Source: Tubulanus polymorphus
Lineage: Eukaryota > Animalia > Nemertea
NCBI RefSeq assembly: GCF_964204645.1
Contig: NC_134028.1
Span: 26,966,345 to 27,030,344, forward strand
Direction: 5' to 3'
DNA length: 64,000 bases
The position numbers and the translations under genes were made by a program. Shown here one piece after another: positions 44,641 to 60,061 of this stretch; the first letter of the stretch is position 1; every line of letters begins with the position of its first letter. The notes below the pieces were generated by a model. It searched no databases and was not told the origin of the DNA. It saw only the letters and a program-made list of their open reading frames with translations.

Positions 44641-47321
44641 TTTAGCGATCCCCTGGGTGTATATTTTATTGACCCTGCCTTGAAGACACCGATTTGGGGC
44701 GATATAGCACTATATGTTATATTTTCATATTTGGAAAATATTCTTTCCTCGAAAACGCCGATCGATTTTGTTGTAAACTTCGCCTTTTCTGATAAAAAAC
44801 CAACCTCTTTGGACAAACTGTTTATAGCATATTTCTATTACAATGCAGCAGGGCAGCTTTTTTAAATCGTAACTAGATGTACATGAAACTGAGTATGTAC
44901 GTCTGCGTACTCACGTCTTATTCGCGGTAAACAACCATTAGTGAAATGTCATTTCTGTCCGACATTTTATACGGAAAATCGATGCCATTAATTTCACGAA
45001 ACAACAAGCATAAATACACGACGCCTCGACAATTTTATAGAGCCGCGATAGGAGTACCGTATGCGTCACTTGTTAGTGATGGAAACAACATATTCACCTG
45101 GAAATCTAAATCTATCGTGTGATGATATCAGCAATTGGTGATATATCGAAATAGATTGAAACAGAAGCAACTACTGCCCAGGGAAATATTACATTGGATT
45201 TAACGTAGAAAGTATTTTATTACAAATTCAATCGCTGCCCAGGGAAATATCACATGTGAAAAGTATTTTGTTTCGGCAAGGATTCGCAATCGAACCAATA
45301 AACACCTTTCCTCGTTATCCTATGGAAATGAAAATGCATCTCCTTGGCTCATATTCCCCAAGACCCCCGTCCCCAACCTCGACCACAACCAGGAAAGATT
45401 TTGACTATTCGACTCAAATCTATCGAACTTTTACTCATCAAATGAACTAGACAGTGACTTGAAAAACCAGCCCCGATATCCCTTCGGCACTCGCACTATC
45501 TGTCTCTCATACAAACCAATATAAACCCTGATCACAGAAAACCCTGACTCAACCCTTGCTTGGTAACTATAACATGTCGATATGTTTGAAGTATCACTTT
45601 CTGAGAGACTGATGCTAATGACACTTTAGTTTAGCTATAAATCAGTCGGCTTATCATCATTCATACTTCCGTTTTCTTCATCTAATCGCATCATGAGATT
45701 ATCTGTTTATAGTCAGTTTACCATATATGTAAATCTAGTAAGCTGCAAACATTTTTGTCCATTTCACCGTCTTAAGATTAACATTTTAGCATATGTTTCG
45801 TAGATTCATTGGATTTCTAGATATAGAAAGCTGCAAATATATTTTCTAAAATGAATCCTATTGAATGATGTGGACATATAAGATTTTTAGGAAAGGTTTT
45901 GTTTTTAGATTTATTGGAATCTTTAAAATTGAAAGACATAATGTGTGTTTTGACATGTTTACGGAGGTCATTGCGCTCTATGTGGGCTTCAGACATTTTC
46001 TGAATGAGACGAACACAAATTTAGATCAGTGCTTTAAATTATAAATTCAAGACAAACAATTCCTGGTGCAAGGTGGAATTTTATTATGTTCCCGTCCTAT
46101 ACAAAACGACGGGGCTAGTATAACGTGTGTTTATTAAGGGAGAGAGAGAGTGAGACAGGTTGACTTTATATAGTTAAATACCGGTTCTAAATGGCACGAA
46201 AACACTTTTCATTTGTACCGTCAATAAGCGCCATGAATTCAAGACTATTTGAATAACTTTCTTTGAAATTTCCCCTACGTCAAACTTATTTGAACCGACT
46301 ATACGCAGTTCTGAGGTCACTTTGGTAAATACTTCTGCAATATCTCACTTTTTATATCGTGTTTATATGAAAATTTCGTGATAGAATTGAAATTAAAGAT
46401 GAACAAAAACATAACCACATAATATTCGAATTTCTAAAGATATGAACAACGGGTATAGTTCCGAATAGCTGTTTACATAAAGGCTTTCGCTACAAATATT
46501 CCGTCGGTTCGTCGTATTTCGTTTCAATGTTTATTTATCTAATTCGATTATACTTTTACAAAACTGAGAGCTAATAGTCGACAAAGTGGTTTAGCTAGAA
46601 ACCCTTAGACCTGTTTATTTAGGGGGTATTTGAATATTTGGCAGACCTTACCCTCCAGGTATTCAGAGGTTTTCTGATATTTCCATGTCGCACGTCCACT
46701 GAAGTGACACGAAGTAGATATACCATTTTTGTAGACAAGTGATAGGTATGTAAGATATATGTGGCATTCCTGTGAAGTTAGAAACGGATTTATTTGAATC
46801 AATTAAACTAGAAACCTTCCTTGTATATTTCCCGGAGCTCTTCCCCTTATGGGAATATCTATTGATAGGAATGCAATATATATTCCTGCAGATTATCTGT
46901 ATTCTATTTTCCAAATAAAGATACGATGTGAACACCCAATTGACCATTTCAAATTCTGTTCGTCACTTTGAATCTATTTTTGTCACAACCTCTTCCTAGC
47001 GTAGGTTCCAGACAATTTACATTTTAGGAGCCAGTTCTAGTTGTGAACATGAATAAGGTCAATTCTACAAGACACATTAACGCATTGCCCTTTAGAAAAC
47101 CTATTTCTCAAAAGGAAGTTTCGTGATCATTTCATCATAATCTACTTCTTGATTTAGTGTTTTCTATTTCGATATATACTTAAGGGATTGGTTCAAGTTA
47201 TTTTATAATGGAATCATAACAATATATCCTCCTTGTCATACATAATAGTAACCGAGCTCTTGGTTTTATATCTTTCCAGTAAAATTGACGGTAGCACGTT
47301 GTAAAAAACACATCTCACGAA

Positions 47322-50300
47322 ATGGAATCGACCGATTTGAGAGATTCAGTTCAACGAGAAGGAACCTACTCGATCGATACAGAATACACACGAACCAAAA
47401 CCTATCTCGTCGACGATGAAGAAGATGAAGGAGATGATGACGCGAACGAGGTCATCAAATCACCACCGACAACGAGACGTCAGAATAATGTTACCGCTAG
47501 TAATGGAAACAAATCAGCCAAGATAAAATCGACAGTGAAATATGGTAATAAAAAGAAAGATAATTTCTTCGTGTCTGAACGGAATGTTTATGCGCCTGTT
47601 ATTCCTCGATATACCGAACACTCACCGCGACCAGTTTCACCTCGTGTTTACCAACAACGTCAACCGAAACCGGCATCGATTCCCGGATATTTCATCACGT
47701 TTAACGACAAACCGCGACCTCAATCGCCGCAGCCGACTCCACCGAGGCGTAAAACAGTCAGGTCTCTATCACCGAAACCAACCGGCGGCTCGAGAAATAG
47801 ACCTAATCAACAAAGCGACAGGAAACGATCGTCGTTTGCGAATCCGAACGGACGATTAGTATCGATAAAAACTAATATGGATGGAAAAAATGTGAAATTC
47901 AACGATGTCGACGAAGACGACAAACCATCAAAACCGCTGTTGTCAGTAGCGACGGAACGGAAAGCGCACTCAATGTCGCAACGAGCGATGGCCACCTTGT
48001 CTCCAGCAGTAATCTCACAATCACATGTTCTTATCGATGACGAAGTAGAACGCGTCGATTCTGCCGCTTCTGTAAACACGGATTACGGTTTTTCGGTAGC
48101 CACTCCTGTGTTTCGCGGTACAAGTCGCGCTGCGGATCCCGTAGTTAGAAACTCTGCCGGTTTTCTAGATGAGTCGAATAGCGATTTGATCCATATCGCC
48201 GAGGTACAACGCGCCAACCGCACCACCCCCTCGCCTCGCACGAACCGCACCACCCCCTCTCCTCGCGCCAACCGCACCACCCCCTCCCCTCGCTCGTCGG
48301 CAAAACTCAAAAAGAATAGGCCAGCAAATCAGTCTCATATCGAACGCACGAAAACACAAAATGATAATAACCTAGAAAATCAACTCACGCCCAGAAAAGC
48401 TAAGCACGACCATACCACGAAAAACAGCGTTTCGTTGAAAAATCCCAACGATAAAACTAGTAATCCAGAAGTCACTAAACTGACGATAACCCAGGACGAA
48501 CTGGAAAAACAACCTCAATCACAATTACCATACAGGGATGCCAGATTCATATCAACAGTTCAAACGAGTGGTTTAGACGAGGAGCGCATTGATGATACAT
48601 CATCGGTATCGTTGGAACCTGATATTGTACCGGATAAGGTGGAAAGATCCACCTCAATGCCAGATAATCAGGCATTTCCCCAACCACACGATGACATTAT
48701 TGATATTAGTTCTAATCAGTCGTATATTGATAAACGAACCCATGCTACTGATGACAATGATGATGATGATGATGATGAGGAGGAGGACAATAATGAAGTG
48801 AAGGATGCACCGATGATGACAGATGAAGGAATTCAGACTGACGATGTCCACAATGCTACAACAAATGAAGAATGTCAAACGGATGTGATGACGATGAAAG
48901 ACGGAGATACTGCAAACGAGGAAATTCAAACTGATGATGTCGTACATACTGTAACAACAAGTGAAGCTTGTCAGACTGATCAGGCTTCTCCCGAACCTCC
49001 CTGGACGGATCAACCGACCATAGATGACAATCAACCCGAGATCATAACAAGTGTGGTAACAGTAACTGGCAATGACCGAACAGAAAATGATAGTGTTGTC
49101 GCGGACGTACAGGAAGAATCAGCGAACGACACAGAAATAAATACGTCTGAAAACCTAGAATCGACTGAATCTGATATTGTTAATGATAGTCAGATCGATC
49201 AATCTTCATCAAACAATGAATCCAGTAAAGATACTAACAACACTAAGCATGCGATTTCTCCATCACAGGAATGTGATAAACAACCAACTGTAGAAACAAC
49301 GATAGAACCGATAGAAGACACTGTGGACAATAGTCATATGACTGATGAAGCACCTGGTGATATTAATTTCACTGACGGAGCACAAAATGTTGCAGTTATT
49401 GACAATTCTCAAGAAGAAAATGATAATACTGATTTTCAAGTAGAGAAAAGCGATCACAAAATTGAAGCGAGTGATAATAAGGTATTAGACCAAGAGCAAA
49501 CTGAAAACGAAGATAAAATGGAAGCAAATATGAATAATGAAAGTGAAAATTCACCACTCAGCGCGCCAGACGAATCGAAAGATAATCGAGAGGAGGAGAA
49601 AGTAGTGATACCTGACGATCGTTATGAAGAAATCATTGATGAAGAAGTTGACCTCATGTATCCAATACATCATCATGTAAGAAACGATAGTGTTCAGAGA
49701 AACGGCGAACACAAGAAGGATAATAATCATATATCCGGTTCAGGGCACAAAACTGTGTCTTCCGAATCAAGTCAGGACACGTTAAACAGCATACAAATAG
49801 AAGATAGAGGTTTAATTGCTGAGACTGCAGGTGCAAAGCCTAAAACTAATCGAGTGATAGAAAACGAAAAACGTGAATCGGTAACTTCTGATTTACATGA
49901 AGGTAATGGTGCTGTTGCCGGTAGTGACGAAGTAGAGCCACAACAAACCAACAGCTCAGGCGACGTTGAAGACGGTACGCAATCTAAAACCAAAGTGGAT
50001 GAACCCGAAAATGTCATAGAAGAGACTGAATCCACAGAAGTAGTTTCTCATGAAGAGGAGCAGCAAGTACAAAATAATCAGAGTAATGATGACTCCGCAA
50101 TGAAACGTCATAGTGAACGAAGTGAAGATATCAATGGGAAAAATCCTCCAACTGATAATGAATCGAGTGACAAGAACGATATCAAAGACAAACAAAATGA
50201 AAATATTTCTGAAGTCATTGGCGAAAAATCTGAAAATGTCGACGATAAAAACTCAATAAAAGAAATTGCAAACGAGGATGTTTCTTCACCTAACACTTCT

Positions 50301-52790
50301 GATACTGTCTCATCAGATGAAGTAGTCAAGGATAATAAGATCGATTATACCCAGTTGGAACAAGCTGATAAAGATGACGCCAAAACAATAGACAATTGTG
50401 ACAAAGACGAAGCACAGAATGAAGTTGGGAAGAATGACGTAAATGTAGAAAGTGAGGTGGACGAACAAAACGAACTGCAAGGGGATAGACCTGCGCAGAG
50501 ACCTGAAAATCAGCTGCGTGAGACTGCGAACGATAATATCGTTCAGGTGCAATCAGAAACAACTGAAAATGAGAGGCAAATCTCGTCACTTGTTGAAAAA
50601 GAACAAGCTGGCAAAAAGAGCCCGGATGAGGGGAAAGCAGCAGATATTCAGATAACAGTGATTAGTCCACCATCGGAAGATGACCAGGTGTCACAAACCG
50701 AGAATTGCGCTGAAGTTGTGGGGCATAACAATACGGAAACCAGCGAGCAAGTTAAAGAAAGTATTGAAAACGAGCAAACATTTCATGAAACAATGAATGG
50801 CACGGGAAAACATGGTGTCGTTCCAGATAATGAATTATCCAGCAATGAAGAAATGATCGAAGATAGCCAACAACCATTTAGTTCACCAGATGTTGAAGTC
50901 AATAAAGTAATTGAAAAGGAAACGGCTTCAAATGAACAAGAATCAAAAGTTAACGTAGCATCTAATAACGAATTACCGAATCAGAATATAGCACCCGGTA
51001 TAACTGTAAATAAGATACTCGTGGATGATAAAGAATCTGACGGTGGATTGAAACATTCCCTTGCGACTGATGTCAGTGAGGTCGGTGATAGAGATGCTGG
51101 ATGTGGAGATAGAATGGAGGAGTCCGAAAGCGATAAGTCAGAAAATTTTCATAAGACTGAAAATGACTCATCTTTGGCGAATAAAAGCGAGCATCAACAA
51201 GAGAACGCCAGTGATACAACAACAGAGGATACCTCATTCAAAGATAACCCTGATTCTGATCACAAACCTCCAACTATCAGCACAGACTCAGATGAGTCAG
51301 AGCCGGGATTTATAGAAAATCATATCGAAAATGATGAAAAACCATTAGATTCACAACAGATCAATACAAATAATGAAACTAATCTTGTAAACAAGATTCC
51401 TGATCACACAAATCATCGGCAAGTACGGCGACCAACTTCAACACCGATCATAGAGGAAATGAGTTATAGTTCATCATTAGAACCGTCACAGGACATACAA
51501 AATAGAAATACAAATAATCCTAGTCATTCCGAGACGTCTCGGAAAGTTATAGCCGAAAATCAAAAAGTACCGAAGCAGAAAACGAAAGATAATTTGAATA
51601 TTAATAATAGGAATAAGAGACAACAACAACAAATACGTCGAGATAGTGACAGCAAATCTTCCGTGTCTGATAGTGATAAATCAGCTGAAATAATGAAACG
51701 GCTCGAAGTCATGCAATCTGATAATGACCGACTGCGTGAGGACAACCGTCGAATAACTAGAGACATGGGTTTGATAATGACACGTTTCGAAGATTTCGTT
51801 AAAGAAAGCAAACTAAAAGAGAACGATATTCGTAAAACCCTCGAGAAAAATAAATCAGAGAAAGAAGAACTGACGAATGAACTTCATTCGTCTAGAAAAG
51901 AGAATGCGTTCATGTCGGAAAGAATTAAAGATTTAGAGAAGGATAAACAGAATTTATCCGACGCGCTAGAACATAGTGAAGAAACGTTGGAAAAAACGAT
52001 GCACGAAGTCGACGAAATCAGTAAAAAGAATGATTTGTTAGAGGACGAAATAAAGACGTTAATCGATCAAATGAAAACGATGCAAGCTCAGTATAACAGC
52101 AGTAAAACAGCTCTAGGTCGTTACGAAGAAATGGGTACGCCCAGTTTAGAGACGGAAATGCTTCGTAGGGAATTGGATAAAGTAAAGGATGACAATATTC
52201 AATTGAAAGAGTCTCTCGACGAGCAAATCCAGAGGCGTGGACTAGCGCAAAGCGTTCTCGACGATGTCATCAAAACTAACGAAGGCTTCAGGCGTGAAGT
52301 TTCCAAATTACGTCATAGAGATGTGAAATTAATCACGTTGGAAACTCCGAATCATCAACTGGAAAAAACCGAATTGAAGCTCATCGTTGACAATGCTAGT
52401 ATAACCGACTTGTTAAAAACGGTTAAAGATAGTAAACAAGCGCCGGACACTCACAGATCGACACATCAGAAACTGGACACGAACGATCGCGAACAACAAC
52501 TCGTAAACAAACTACGTGAATCTGAACAACGAGCCGCGATCGCAAACCGTCGTGTTAAAAACCTCGAGGGTTTACTCGGCGATATTTATCATAACGAACA
52601 AATGAAATCGTATCCTCGTAAACTACCGTCGACTAAAGAGACGCCGATTACAACTTTTCCGGTAATCAGCGCAAACAAACCGAAACCCGCCGTAAAACAA
52701 ATCACTGTCGATCCGAAAGTTTATAATAGTTACGTTCGATTGGCGAAGGATAGAGCGCGACTCACTCAGCGCGATACCGTTAAAAACTAA
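47322..52790 (+). CDS. Large single-coding-exon protein (1822 aa): basic Ser/Pro-rich N-terminus, acidic disordered middle, C-terminal coiled coil; family not recognised
   Basis: A 5.5-kb non-repetitive ORF in AT-rich DNA. Acceptor tctttccag at ~47279 precedes the ATG. Heptad-rich segment from about IMKRLEVMQSDNDRL to LEGLLGDIY. Confidence 0.88.
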   Translation: MESTDLRDSVQREGTYSIDTEYTRTKTYLVDDEEDEGDDDANEVIKSPPTTRRQNNVTASNGNKSAKIKSTVKYGNKKKDNFFVSERNVYAPVIPRYTEHSPRPVSPRVYQQRQPKPASIPGYFITFNDKPRPQSPQPTPPRRKTVRSLSPKPTGGSRNRPNQQSDRKRSSFANPNGRLVSIKTNMDGKNVKFNDVDEDDKPSKPLLSVATERKAHSMSQRAMATLSPAVISQSHVLIDDEVERVDSAASVNTDYGFSVATPVFRGTSRAADPVVRNSAGFLDESNSDLIHIAEVQRANRTTPSPRTNRTTPSPRANRTTPSPRSSAKLKKNRPANQSHIERTKTQNDNNLENQLTPRKAKHDHTTKNSVSLKNPNDKTSNPEVTKLTITQDELEKQPQSQLPYRDARFISTVQTSGLDEERIDDTSSVSLEPDIVPDKVERSTSMPDNQAFPQPHDDIIDISSNQSYIDKRTHATDDNDDDDDDEEEDNNEVKDAPMMTDEGIQTDDVHNATTNEECQTDVMTMKDGDTANEEIQTDDVVHTVTTSEACQTDQASPEPPWTDQPTIDDNQPEIITSVVTVTGNDRTENDSVVADVQEESANDTEINTSENLESTESDIVNDSQIDQSSSNNESSKDTNNTKHAISPSQECDKQPTVETTIEPIEDTVDNSHMTDEAPGDINFTDGAQNVAVIDNSQEENDNTDFQVEKSDHKIEASDNKVLDQEQTENEDKMEANMNNESENSPLSAPDESKDNREEEKVVIPDDRYEEIIDEEVDLMYPIHHHVRNDSVQRNGEHKKDNNHISGSGHKTVSSESSQDTLNSIQIEDRGLIAETAGAKPKTNRVIENEKRESVTSDLHEGNGAVAGSDEVEPQQTNSSGDVEDGTQSKTKVDEPENVIEETESTEVVSHEEEQQVQNNQSNDDSAMKRHSERSEDINGKNPPTDNESSDKNDIKDKQNENISEVIGEKSENVDDKNSIKEIANEDVSSPNTSDTVSSDEVVKDNKIDYTQLEQADKDDAKTIDNCDKDEAQNEVGKNDVNVESEVDEQNELQGDRPAQRPENQLRETANDNIVQVQSETTENERQISSLVEKEQAGKKSPDEGKAADIQITVISPPSEDDQVSQTENCAEVVGHNNTETSEQVKESIENEQTFHETMNGTGKHGVVPDNELSSNEEMIEDSQQPFSSPDVEVNKVIEKETASNEQESKVNVASNNELPNQNIAPGITVNKILVDDKESDGGLKHSLATDVSEVGDRDAGCGDRMEESESDKSENFHKTENDSSLANKSEHQQENASDTTTEDTSFKDNPDSDHKPPTISTDSDESEPGFIENHIENDEKPLDSQQINTNNETNLVNKIPDHTNHRQVRRPTSTPIIEEMSYSSSLEPSQDIQNRNTNNPSHSETSRKVIAENQKVPKQKTKDNLNINNRNKRQQQQIRRDSDSKSSVSDSDKSAEIMKRLEVMQSDNDRLREDNRRITRDMGLIMTRFEDFVKESKLKENDIRKTLEKNKSEKEELTNELHSSRKENAFMSERIKDLEKDKQNLSDALEHSEETLEKTMHEVDEISKKNDLLEDEIKTLIDQMKTMQAQYNSSKTALGRYEEMGTPSLETEMLRRELDKVKDDNIQLKESLDEQIQRRGLAQSVLDDVIKTNEGFRREVSKLRHRDVKLITLETPNHQLEKTELKLIVDNASITDLLKTVKDSKQAPDTHRSTHQKLDTNDREQQLVNKLRESEQRAAIANRRVKNLEGLLGDIYHNEQMKSYPRKLPSTKETPITTFPVISANKPKPAVKQITVDPKVYNSYVRLAKDRARLTQRDTVKN

Positions 52791-53514
52791 TCAGTCGAAT
52801 ATGCATGAAATTATCGATGTTTTAAGATCGTGCTGAAATCTACTACACGAGAATGAAAGTTTAATGAATGTGCGTCATTTGCGAAGAATTTTCATAAAGA
52901 AACGACTGTCAAAAATTTGTTGACGGATATTAGGGGTTCGAACTACAAACTCCGTTCCAGTGAGATCTAACTTTTAACATTCACCACACGATTCTGCAGT
53001 AAGGTCGAGTCCCACTTTAGTAAATCTATTTTAATTAATCGATTTCTGTCAATCGTAGCTCCGTGATTATGTAACATTTATGATTAACATTAAGAATCGC
53101 AAAATTAATGTATGTATAAATTAAAACCTATTGTAAGTATTATTTTTCTAAATATTTATTGAATATATTTTAAGAATCTGGACGTGTCTGTGATAATGTA
53201 AAATAAATCAATGCGAACATTAGTTATTGAATAATACATTAAAATTGAAGATGAATCACGGGTTTTGTTTGTCTGATTGTGTGCACTGAGAGGATGCCTG
53301 AGAACATGTTTCGTGTTGATACAGAAGGTATTAAGTAAAATGCAGCTGCTGATGGTTTGCGCTATTAAATAACCTATCTTTTATATAGTTCCATTTATCT
53401 AATGAATTTTCACCGATAAGGAGTAATATACAAGGCGCGGTCTAAACGCACCTAGCCATAAATATCCACTCGCAAAAACTATCCACTCGATTTTGTGTCA
53501 AGCATTCCGTCAGA

Positions 53515-55587
<2,073 letters not shown>

Positions 55588-56389
55588 TTTGTAGTAAAAT
55601 ACAATTATTTCTCTGCAGAATTGAAAATAAGGAAGTCGGTTTTTTTTTCTCATTTCCTCAGTTTTTGTTCTTTTTTCTGATTTCTGTGTTACATCCCGAA
55701 TCCGGGCGCGCAACGCTGAGTGAAAGAGGTAAAAAGTGTTACGCTTTAGTCTGTTGTGTAAGCGAACACTTCTTCAGTAGTGCAGATGGCATCCTCGCCT
55801 GCCAGAGCCTCACGACGCTCCTAATCGATTTCAGTGGCGCCCCGTTAGAGGCCGGGATATAATCATCAAAAAACGGTGCAAGGGCTTCTTGAGGGGTTTG
55901 ACCCCAAGATATTTAAAAAAACCGTTAAAAATAATTTAGTAAAATACTAAATAAGGTCAAAATCTCTGTAACTTTCGGAGAAGATAGGACACTTTTCTGG
56001 GCTACGCCGAGTCCGGTTACTTGTTGTTGCCCGGTACCAAGGCTCTGGGGATCTAATTGACCCCTAAACACCGTCAAAATATTCTTTATGAATTGATAAA
56101 TAAAAAACGAAACGGTCAATGTGTCTGAAACGTTGAATTATTTTTAGAGATTAAATCCATCGCGCTTCAGGTTCCAACACGGAACTTATTGCGCGTGGTG
56201 CTTTATCTCAAGGAACCTATATCAAATATTACAAAATATTAAAATGTACAGAAATAGACAAAAATAATTAACACAACTTCAAGTTTCCCCAGCAGCAAAA
56301 TACAATTTATGACCCTTGGATGCCGGTTCACCGAAAATTGAGAGCGAGATGGTCAGCCCTAACCCTCGGACAAGTATAACCCTACACCC

Positions 56390-56453
56390 AACCTAGCCGA
56401 GATTCGAACCCGGGTTTTCCACGTGCAAACTCAGAGTGCCTACCACTAGACCA
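56390..56453 (-). mobile_element. tRNA-derived SINE head
   Basis: Minus strand reads tggtctagtggtaggcac...cacgtg...gggttcgaatctcggctaggttgg; same family as 7034. Confidence 0.55.
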
Positions 56454-56505
56454 TAGAATTCTGATGGTCGAGCCAGTGTAAGTTCAACAGAATAGGTTTA
56501 TTTAG

Positions 56506-56823
56506 CAGGCCAACACTAGGGTTTCTGCGTTTATTACCAGGCCAACACTAGGGTTTCTGCGTTTATTCCCAGGCCAAAACTAGGGTTTCTGCGTTTATAA
56601 CCAGGCCAACACTAGGGTTTCTGCATTTATTAAACAGGCCAACACTAGGGTTTCTGCGTTTATTACCAGGCCAAAACTAGGGTTTCTGCGTTTATTCACC
56701 AGGCCAACACTAGGGTTTCTGCGTTTATTACCAGGCCAAAACTAGGGTTTCTGCGTTTATTCACAAGGCCAAAACTAGGGTTTCTGCGTTTATTCCTAGG
56801 CCAACACTAGGGTTTCTGCGTTT
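56506..56823. repeat. ~32-bp minisatellite, 10 copies, at the GRWD1 5' end
   Basis: Core aggccaa(c/a)actagggtttctgcgtttat plus a 3-5-nt variable linker. Confidence 0.95.
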
Positions 56824-57332
56824 AATTGAATTGAATTGAATAAAGATTTATTATTACATCTACCGCAAAACAACTTTGTCAAATTTTATTTTCGTGCATG
56901 TGAAATTTCGCAACGGCGCAAATCCACATCAGATTTAACACTACGAGGTAAAGAAATAGTGATTGATTCATTGTCCTGTTGTGATTTTTAGAATGCATGT
57001 TGTTGACGACTGAAGGGCACCCGGTGTCTCGTCCTCCTGCTGTTGTTGATCGCACTGTCCAGTGTCGAAGGACGTCGAATAATGATGATAATCGGCTTTT
57101 GAATTTGTTACTGGAAAGAAAAACATTGACTATCCTCCAATATCCACTTTAATTTGTCCTCCTCTATCTATTAGGCCTAGATCATCTTATGAAATTAGTA
57201 AAGATCTAAAATACAGCCCATCATCCAACACTCCTCCCGAGATGATCAGTATTACCCTAAATTACGGTGTATAATGCCTTTGATGCTGATTAACTGTCTA
57301 TATTTGATTTCAGATTGAACATCGTCACAGAA

Positions 57333-59896
57333 ATGAACTCTGAACACGGAGAGACTTCACAGAAGCCTGATGACTTGGACAGTGATGAGGCTGAGGGTAT
57401 GGAGTGTGTAGTGATGGATAGCGATGATGATGATAATGTAGATGAGATGGATGATGCTGCAGGCGATGATGACGGAGGAGGGATAGTGGTTGAGAATAAA
57501 GTATATTTGCCTCAGGCTCCGTTAGAAGATGGAGAGGAATTAGTATGTGATGAGTCAGCTTATCTGATGTATCATCAAGCACAAACAGGTAACAGTTCTT
57601 CACCCCTACCTCTGACTGACTTCATCTCACCCCTACCTCTGACTGACTTCATCTCACCCCTACCTCTGACTGACTTCATCTCACCCCTACCTCTGACTGA
57701 CTTCATCTCACCCCTACCTCTGACTGACTTCATCTCACCCTCCAAACTCACCTCATCTCTCCAAACTAGCCTTGCCCCACTCCCTCCTGACCGCCCATCA
57801 GACTTTTCCCTACAGCACATAAAGCTGTTTGTTGATATTTTCAGGTGCGCCGTGTTTGAGTTTTGATGTAATCAATGATAATCTGGGTTTGAATCGTGAG
57901 AAGTTCCCTCTATCTTGTTACCTGGTCGCGGGTACAATGGCGCAGCGAGCTCATACTAATAAAATACTCGTGCTGAAAATGAGCAACTTGTTCAAAACGC
58001 AAGAGAAACCAGAGGATGAAGGTGAGGATGATGAAAGTGATAGCGATGATGATGGAAATGATGAAAAGAAGCCCGATTTAGACGCTGCAATGATTAACCA
58101 TAACGGATGTGTCAATAGAATTAGAGTAAGTTAGTAGTCTCTAGCACTTGCGGGTATTGATTTAAATAAGTCAGCGCTGAAAGGGTTAATGAGTCAATGA
58201 TTATAAATGATTAAAATTGAAATGATTGATGAATTTGTTGTTTATTTTCACACCCAGACGACAAAGCTCGGTGATACAAACGTTGCAGCGACCTGGTCAG
58301 AGACGGGTAAAGTTCATATCTGGGATTTATCGCGACCGTTCGCTGCACTCGATGACCCGACATTAATGAGTTCATACACGAAAAACCTCGAGTCTCCGGA
58401 AGCTATTTATACATTCACCGGTCACCTGGTCGAGGGTTACGCGATGGCTTGGTCTCCTACTGTTACAGGTGATACATTGATTTCATATATCACGCAGTCC
58501 GATCCCTACAACTCCTCAGTTCCTTAGAAACTTTCTAAATTGCAAATACTTTTAAAGGTGCTGAGCAAAATGACTGAGACTCCTTTGAAACTCCTTGAAT
58601 TTAGAGAAATAGGAAATAAGATAGTTTAGGAATTGTAAAGGATAAATTTTTGCATTGGTAACCGCCTGGTTTAATGGTTTACTGAGATAAACAATACCAA
58701 TTTAGAAGTAGTCTACAGTAATTTGGATATGAAAGTTATGCTGATGCTCCCTCAAATTTGAAATGTTTAAGAAGTGACCAATGTACTAAATACACCCGCT
58801 CTCCATAGATTCTCACATCATAAATGGACCATAATTAGTTAGAAATATATTTGGATGCTATTACTGACTGATTTGTATTTGACTATTTGAACAGGTCGAT
58901 TAGTCACAGGAGACTGTAATAAAAACATCCACATGTGGACTCCTAAAGAGGATGGAAAGTGGAATGTTGACCAGAGACCGTATAGCGGACATACTGCATC
59001 GGTAGAGGATTTACAATGGTCTCCTAATGAACCCAATGTAAGTTATCATACGTCGTATTCGGGTCGTTCTCTGACTGTACATGATGATTACCGGGTATGT
59101 GATATATTTTCAGGTAATGGCCTCATGTTCTGTTGATAAATCGATCAGAATCTGGGATGTAAGAGCCGCACCGCACCAGGCGTGTATGTTAACCACGGAG
59201 GAAGCTCATACGCGAGATATCAACGTAATTGACTGGAATAAAACTGAACCGTTTATAATATCAGGAGGAGACGATGGCGTCATTAAAGTATGGGACCTCA
59301 GACAATTTGCGGTTAGTAGTTTCACACACATTCTATGTATAATTGGCATGAATTCGGAAGACTCCATTTACTCCAGGGTCAATCACCCTGGATTATCACG
59401 TGGTCTGGACAGAGTATTACCATATTTACAAATATTCTACCTCCCATTCCTGGAGCTTCCTTTGAAAATCCATTTTCTGTTTCTTTTTGCTATTCCAAAT
59501 CATTCTGAGTATTTTGTAGTAACCGCAGAGTCTACTGTACTGGAAACGAATGAATGGTTTTATGGTAAATGATATGTTTGTTCATTGTAGACCGGTAAAC
59601 CAGTAGCGACATTCAAACATCATACAGCACCTATAACATCGTTAGAATGGTACTGGCACGATTCATCAGTGTTCGCAGCATCCGGTAGCGATAATCAGCT
59701 GACTATCTGGGATCTAGCGGTTGAGAGAGATAGCGAGGTCGGCACCGACGATGAACCGGATATTCCTCCGCAGTTACTGTTCATTCATCAGGGCCAAAAA
59801 GACATTAAAGAACTTCACTGGCACAATCAGTTACCGGGAGTTATAATCAGTACTGCTTATAATGGATTTAATATATTCCGGACAATTAGTGTGTGA
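57333..59896 (+). CDS. GRWD1: Glutamate-rich WD repeat protein 1 (Rrb1 orthologue; ribosome biogenesis/histone binding)
   Basis: Exons ~57333-57588, 57845-58126, 58258-58468, 58895-59037, 59114-59311, 59591-59896. VYLP...[90 protein letters not shown]. Confidence 0.95.
57598..57740. repeat. 27-bp tandem repeat, 5 copies, in a GRWD1 intron
   Basis: Unit tcacccctacctctgactgacttcatc. Confidence 0.95.
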
Positions 59897-60061
59897 TACA
59901 TAGACATCTATCAGGCTGTCTATCCTCTCCTTCCCTTCTATTTTCATTAAACAATGAATTTTAAACTAAAATAAATTTAGTTATGATGATTATGAAAGCA
60001 TTCTTTCATTCCTTTTTATGAAGGATTTCAGGAATGGATTCTTAAGTTCTCCATGTATACA

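Noticed and set aside
47542-51811. Many short ORFs overlapping the 1822-aa gene; also plus-strand ORFs at 61070-61665
   Set aside because: They are shadow frames of compositionally biased coding sequence.
56506-56823. tagggttt in the repeat resembles the plant telobox found at ribosome-biogenesis promoters
   Set aside because: No established animal counterpart is known to me, and an 8-mer match is easily chance.
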